A stretch of DNA of 64,000 nt. It comes from Patescibacteria group bacterium (GTDB lineage: Bacteria; Patescibacteriota; Minisyncoccia; UBA6257; UBA9933). The position numbers were made by a program, and so were the translations under genes. The stretch spans positions 39,624 to 103,623 of the forward strand of contig JBBTPY010000003.1 in the NCBI GenBank assembly GCA_038065955.1. Reading direction: 5' to 3'. The notes beneath the pieces were generated by a model. The model was not told the DNA's origin and did not search any database. It worked only from the letters and a program-made list of their open reading frames with translations. This document shows, one piece after another, positions 60,265 to 64,000 of this stretch (positions within the stretch are counted from its first letter, which is position 1; every line of letters starts with the position of its first letter).

Positions 60265-60292
60265 AATAGCTTGCACTGAGCTTGTCGAAGTG

Positions 60293-60363
60293 CTGCGGGA
60301 CTTGGATTCGAACCAAGATAGATGCCTTCAAAGGGCACAGTCCTACCGTTAGACGATCCCGCA
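60293..60363 (-). tRNA. tRNA-Gln(TTG)
   Basis: TGCGGGA/TCCCGCA acceptor, anticodon loop CTTTGAA, GGTTCGAATCC; CCA not encoded. Confidence 0.93.
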
Positions 60364-60401
60364 AAAATAAATACCGACTAGTGATAGTCGGTATTTATTT
60401 T
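60364..60401. terminator. 17-bp-stem hairpin between the protease gene and tRNA-Gln
   Basis: aaaataaataccgacta-gtga-tagtcggtatttatttt. Confidence 0.65.
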
Positions 60402-60441
60402 ACTCGTTTTTTTATATTCCGTAAATCCCTAACACCATATT

Positions 60442-61224
60442 TTAATTTGCCCAGATAACAAAAGTGAAAAGTTTTTCTCCTCTCCCTAAATCGCGTCCAA
60501 ATAGAGAGTGATTTTCCCGACTATCTTTGCGAAGACTCTTACCCCAAGCGGACGGATTGTCTAAATCAACATTATCACCGTTGCCTTTTGGAAGCGCCGC
60601 CCCGCCAGCAAGCTTACTAGCAAGAGTGGTAGTCCCGTCAAGATGGGTGTAAATTAACTCAAGCTGGTCGTAATCGTGCTGATTTGGATGCTGATTAGTT
60701 GACGGGTCGTTGGTGTAATCCATGCAAGTGCCGAGATTTGGATTATCAAAATTTTCGTCCTGATGGTCAAGCCCGAGCGTGTGGCCGACTTCCTGACACA
60801 TAACCAAATTTTTCCAAGCTTCGGTGTTATAGGTTGGCGTATTGAAATAAGTATCGTTTACTTTAACGGCGCCTTTAGTAATATGATCGCCGCTTACCCA
60901 AATTTGAGCTACGCCTAACCAACCGTTTCTGCCGTATTTTTTATTGCACACTTCTACGCGGCCGTTAACGGGTTTGCAGTTTTTTAAATACGCTCCGGAA
61001 ACAATTGCCGTGTCTAAAACCGAAGACACGCTCCAATCGCCGGAAGTAGTGGAAAGATAAGCGTCCCAATCAGAAGAAAGATTGTCTCCCAATTTCAATG
61101 TAAGGGGATTACTAGTTCGCGCCCAGTGATAATTGCCCCAGGAATGGATAGCGTTTACGATTGACGCGGAAAGAATAACGACAGCCGCCAATACTCCAAA
61201 AATTACCGAATATTTTTTAATCAT
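60442..61224 (-). CDS. Secreted metzincin-like protein with QExxHxxGxxH
   Basis: signal peptide; CQEVGHTLGLDH; Met-turn-like TCMDY. Confidence 0.75.
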   Translation of the reverse strand: MIKKYSVIFGVLAAVVILSASIVNAIHSWGNYHWARTSNPLTLKLGDNLSSDWDAYLSTTSGDWSVSSVLDTAIVSGAYLKNCKPVNGRVEVCNKKYGRNGWLGVAQIWVSGDHITKGAVKVNDTYFNTPTYNTEAWKNLVMCQEVGHTLGLDHQDENFDNPNLGTCMDYTNDPSTNQHPNQHDYDQLELIYTHLDGTTTLASKLAGGAALPKGNGDNVDLDNPSAWGKSLRKDSRENHSLFGRDLGRGEKLFTFVIWAN

Positions 61225-61290
61225 ATTTAATATTTAATTTATGCGACCTTTTTATTTTTATTTCCTTAAATTTTCAATCTTTCGACAAGC

Positions 61291-62394
61291 TCAAGATTTC
61301 AGGTTTTCAATTATCGCCACTTCCAGAGGGACAATGGGAAAAGGGGAGTAGCGCATTTCCGTGTAAGCCCGGATTAGCGATTTAATCAAGTTGATTGTTT
61401 TTTGTTCATCAATTAACCGGCTGTGTTCTTTGATTTTTCCGAGTTCCATTTCAGTCAATTCTTTTTTAAATTCGTTTTCCAAAGCCGGGGCGAATTTCAG
61501 GGCCAAAACGCGGCGGAAATAATGTATTAAGTCTTTATTAAATTGCGTCAGATTATAACCGGCTTCGTTTATTTTAGAAAGATAATTTAAAGCGATTTCC
61601 GTATTGTTTTTAAGCAGAGCTTCCGCCATTTGGCTTGTTTTGGAAAAACTTACCCGGCCGAGAATCGTTTCCACGCTTTCAAGGGTGATTTCTTCTTCAA
61701 GCGACGCTATTTGGTCCAAAAGCGATTCGGCGTCGCGGAAACTGCCTTCGGCCGAGGCGGCGATAAGTTCCAGCGCCTCTTCGTTCGCGGAAATTTTTTC
61801 CGCTTTAGCGATGGATTTTAATTTTTCAACCAAAATCATCAGCGGCAGGCGTTTAAAATGAAATCTTTGCGTTCGCGAAAGAATCGTTGCCGGCATTTTT
61901 TCGTATTCGGTGGTGGCCAAAATGAAAATGGCGTGAGCCGGCGGCTCTTCCAAAGTTTTAAGCAGGGCGTTAAAAGCGTCTTTGGTAAGCTGGTGGGCTT
62001 CGTCAATAATATAAATTTTGTATTTTGAGGAAGCGGGGGAGACGCGAACGCTTTCTTTAAGGTTTCTGATTTCATCAATACCGCGATTGGAAGCGGCGTC
62101 TATTTCAATCACGTCCAAATTGCGGCCGTTATCAATATCTTGGCAAGTTCGGCATTCATTACAAGGTTCGCCGACAGTCTTAAATTTTTTGTCGTTTTGC
62201 CGTTTTTCGCAGTTGGCGATTTTGGCGAGCAATCGCGCCGTGGTGGTTTTACCGCTGCCGCGCGGGCCGAAAAACAAATAAGCGTGCGCCAGGCGGTCAA
62301 GCTTGGCGGCGTTTTTCAAAATCTCAACAATGGTATTTTGGCCGAGCAAATCATTTAAACTTTTAGGCCGATATTTGCGATATAAAGCAAGCAT
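61291..62394 (-). CDS. dnaX: DNA polymerase III subunit gamma/tau
   Basis: LYRKYRP, GPRGSGKTT, EIDAASNRG, IIDEAH, NALLKTLEEPP. Confidence 0.96.
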   Translation of the reverse strand: MLALYRKYRPKSLNDLLGQNTIVEILKNAAKLDRLAHAYLFFGPRGSGKTTTARLLAKIANCEKRQNDKKFKTVGEPCNECRTCQDIDNGRNLDVIEIDAASNRGIDEIRNLKESVRVSPASSKYKIYIIDEAHQLTKDAFNALLKTLEEPPAHAIFILATTEYEKMPATILSRTQRFHFKRLPLMILVEKLKSIAKAEKISANEEALELIAASAEGSFRDAESLLDQIASLEEEITLESVETILGRVSFSKTSQMAEALLKNNTEIALNYLSKINEAGYNLTQFNKDLIHYFRRVLALKFAPALENEFKKELTEMELGKIKEHSRLIDEQKTINLIKSLIRAYTEMRYSPFPIVPLEVAIIENLKS

Positions 62395-62480
62395 ATATTT
62401 TCATTTTACCAAATTTTCTTTATTTTGGCTAATTTATTAAACATTTACAACTGTTATTTTATGATTTAACATTAAGCAAA

Positions 62481-63797
62481 ATGCGGTATTATGTCTTCGG
62501 TTTTTTATTTTTAACGGTCGCGGCGGGCGCCTCTTTTTTTGTTTTGACGAAAAATAATAATATTGAAATTATTACAGATATTGTTGATTTTACCGGTAAG
62601 GTTAATAGTTCTTCAACCGTAAATAATACCAATAACGAATCGGTTGTTAAAAATATTGATATTGAAAATCAAAAGCCGTTAAGCAATCCGCCAGAAACTA
62701 TTAAGGCGATTTATTTGACCGGCTGGTCGGCTGGCAGTTCCAAAAAAATAGATTATCTCGTGAATCTGGCGAAAGAAACAGAAATAAACGCCGTGGTCAT
62801 TGACATTAAAGATTACTCCGGCTACATCGCTTATGACATAGATAACGAAGAAATTGAAAAATACAAAGCCAAAAAAATAATGATTCCGAAAATAAACGCT
62901 TTGATTAAAAAACTTCACGATGAAGGCATTTATGTTATTGCCAGAATCACGGTTTTTCAGGACCCTGTTTTGGCGAAAGCCCGACCGGATTTGGCAATTC
63001 ACTCCAAAGCAAAGTGTCAAGTGTCAGGTGTCAAGTGTCAGGTGTCGCCGTCAACTCTTTGGCTTGACAATAAAAAACTCGCCTGGATTGACCCGGCCGC
63101 CGAAGAAGCGTGGAATTATAATATTACCATCGCCAAAGACGCGGCAAGCAGGGGATTTGACGAAATAAATTTTGATTATATCCGTTTCGCTTCGGACGGC
63201 GATTTGAAAGATATGATTTTTCCATCAACACAGATAGACACAGATAAAACGCAGATAAACACAGATAATAATTATAACTCGGTAGCTTTAAGAAGAAAAG
63301 TTATCAAAAGTTTTTTTAAATATTTAAGAGAACAATTGCCGAATATAAAAATTTCAGCGGATTTATTCGGTTTAGTCACCGTAAATAAAGACGATATGGG
63401 AATCGGCCAGATTATTGAAGACGCTTATGAATATTTTGATTATGTTTCTCCAATGGTTTACCCGTCGCATTACGCCAAAGGATTTATCGGTTATCAAAAT
63501 CCGGCGAAATATCCGTATGAAGTGATAAAATATTCAATGGATAGCGCTCTGTCGCGACTAACGACTCACAACTTACGACTTACAACAGCGACTTCCACAA
63601 CTATATCTACAACTACTTCGTCGTTGGTCAAACTCCGTCCCTGGCTTCAGGATTTCAATTTAGGGGCGAAATATGACGCAAAAATGGTAAAAGAGCAAAT
63701 TCAGGCGGTTTATGATGCCGCTTCAAGCACTCCGGAACTGGCAAACGGATGGATGTTGTGGAATCCGGCGAATAATTATACGCGCGACGCGCTTTAA
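62481..63797 (+). CDS. Putative glycoside hydrolase (DUF4015-like TIM barrel)
   Basis: N-terminal TM; INAVVIDIKD, GFDEINFDYIRF, SPMVYPSHY, RPWLQDF. Confidence 0.82.
   Translation: MRYYVFGFLFLTVAAGASFFVLTKNNNIEIITDIVDFTGKVNSSSTVNNTNNESVVKNIDIENQKPLSNPPETIKAIYLTGWSAGSSKKIDYLVNLAKETEINAVVIDIKDYSGYIAYDIDNEEIEKYKAKKIMIPKINALIKKLHDEGIYVIARITVFQDPVLAKARPDLAIHSKAKCQVSGVKCQVSPSTLWLDNKKLAWIDPAAEEAWNYNITIAKDAASRGFDEINFDYIRFASDGDLKDMIFPSTQIDTDKTQINTDNNYNSVALRRKVIKSFFKYLREQLPNIKISADLFGLVTVNKDDMGIGQIIEDAYEYFDYVSPMVYPSHYAKGFIGYQNPAKYPYEVIKYSMDSALSRLTTHNLRLTTATSTTISTTTSSLVKLRPWLQDFNLGAKYDAKMVKEQIQAVYDAASSTPELANGWMLWNPANNYTRDAL
63227..63267. repeat. ~10-mer array (AACACAGATA)x4 in-frame within the glycoside hydrolase
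   Basis: encodes TQIDTDKTQINTD. Confidence 0.85.
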
Positions 63798-63809
63798 GCG
63801 ACACTAAAA

Positions 63810-64000
63810 ATGCGAATACACACGAATGACACAAATAAAATTATATATCCTGAGTTATCTTATAAGATAACCGGTTTATGTTATAAAGTTCAAAATGAAT
63901 TAGAAAGATTTTGTAGAGAGAAACAATATTCTGATGCGCTGGAAATAAAATTAAAACAAAATAATATTAAATATGAGCGAGAGAAAATAATTATAAATGA
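63810..64000 (+). CDS. GxxExxY family protein (partial, runs off the window)
   Basis: IIYPELSYKITGLCYKVQNELERFCREKQYSDALE; not listed in the ORF track. Confidence 0.75.
   Translation, partial: MRIHTNDTNKIIYPELSYKITGLCYKVQNELERFCREKQYSDALEIKLKQNNIKYEREKIIIN

Noticed and set aside
61291-62394. dnaX truncation or programmed frameshift
   Set aside because: All clamp-loader domains are present and no downstream tau-like frame is evident; short DnaX is plausible in reduced genomes.

Overview
AT-rich bacterial chromosomal segment with standard code 11 (TGA used as stop). Gene content points to Patescibacteria/CPR, Parcubacteria-like: no rpmD between rpsE and rplO, a VirD4-like ATPase, GT-C glycosyltransferases, a type IV pilus locus and almost no Shine-Dalgarno motifs. 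Layout: S10/spc ribosomal operon to secY-adk-map (1-11.1 kb); housekeeping genes (greA, lysS, serS, ychF, pyk, frameshifted prfB, ftsEX, rpsU, groES/EL, pth, lepB, hisS, dnaX); tRNA-Thr(CGT) and tRNA-Gln(TTG), each with a small integrase-less insert at its 3' side; and a ~20 kb surface-protein/type IV pilus locus with an embedded two-component module. The most notable unexplained structure is a family of inverted 7-mer tandem arrays (TGACANN...NNTGTCA) at three prepilin genes. The right arm encodes the cleavable prepilin leader, and one copy encloses a four-helix-bundle pseudogene. Single arms of similar arrays occur in-frame in several other genes. Other highlights: an orphan DGR-type variable-region gene in a cassette bounded by inverted and direct repeats next to tRNA-Thr; a MITE inserted at codon 3 of yqeY that supplies a new start codon; a GIY-YIG gene between REP-like hairpins and a tRNA-Gln 3' duplication; an atypical prfB frameshift (TTT-TGA-C, no SD, no ATG at the expected start); and three 40-42 bp near loop-less palindromes. 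All family assignments come from motifs read by eye; no database searches were run.
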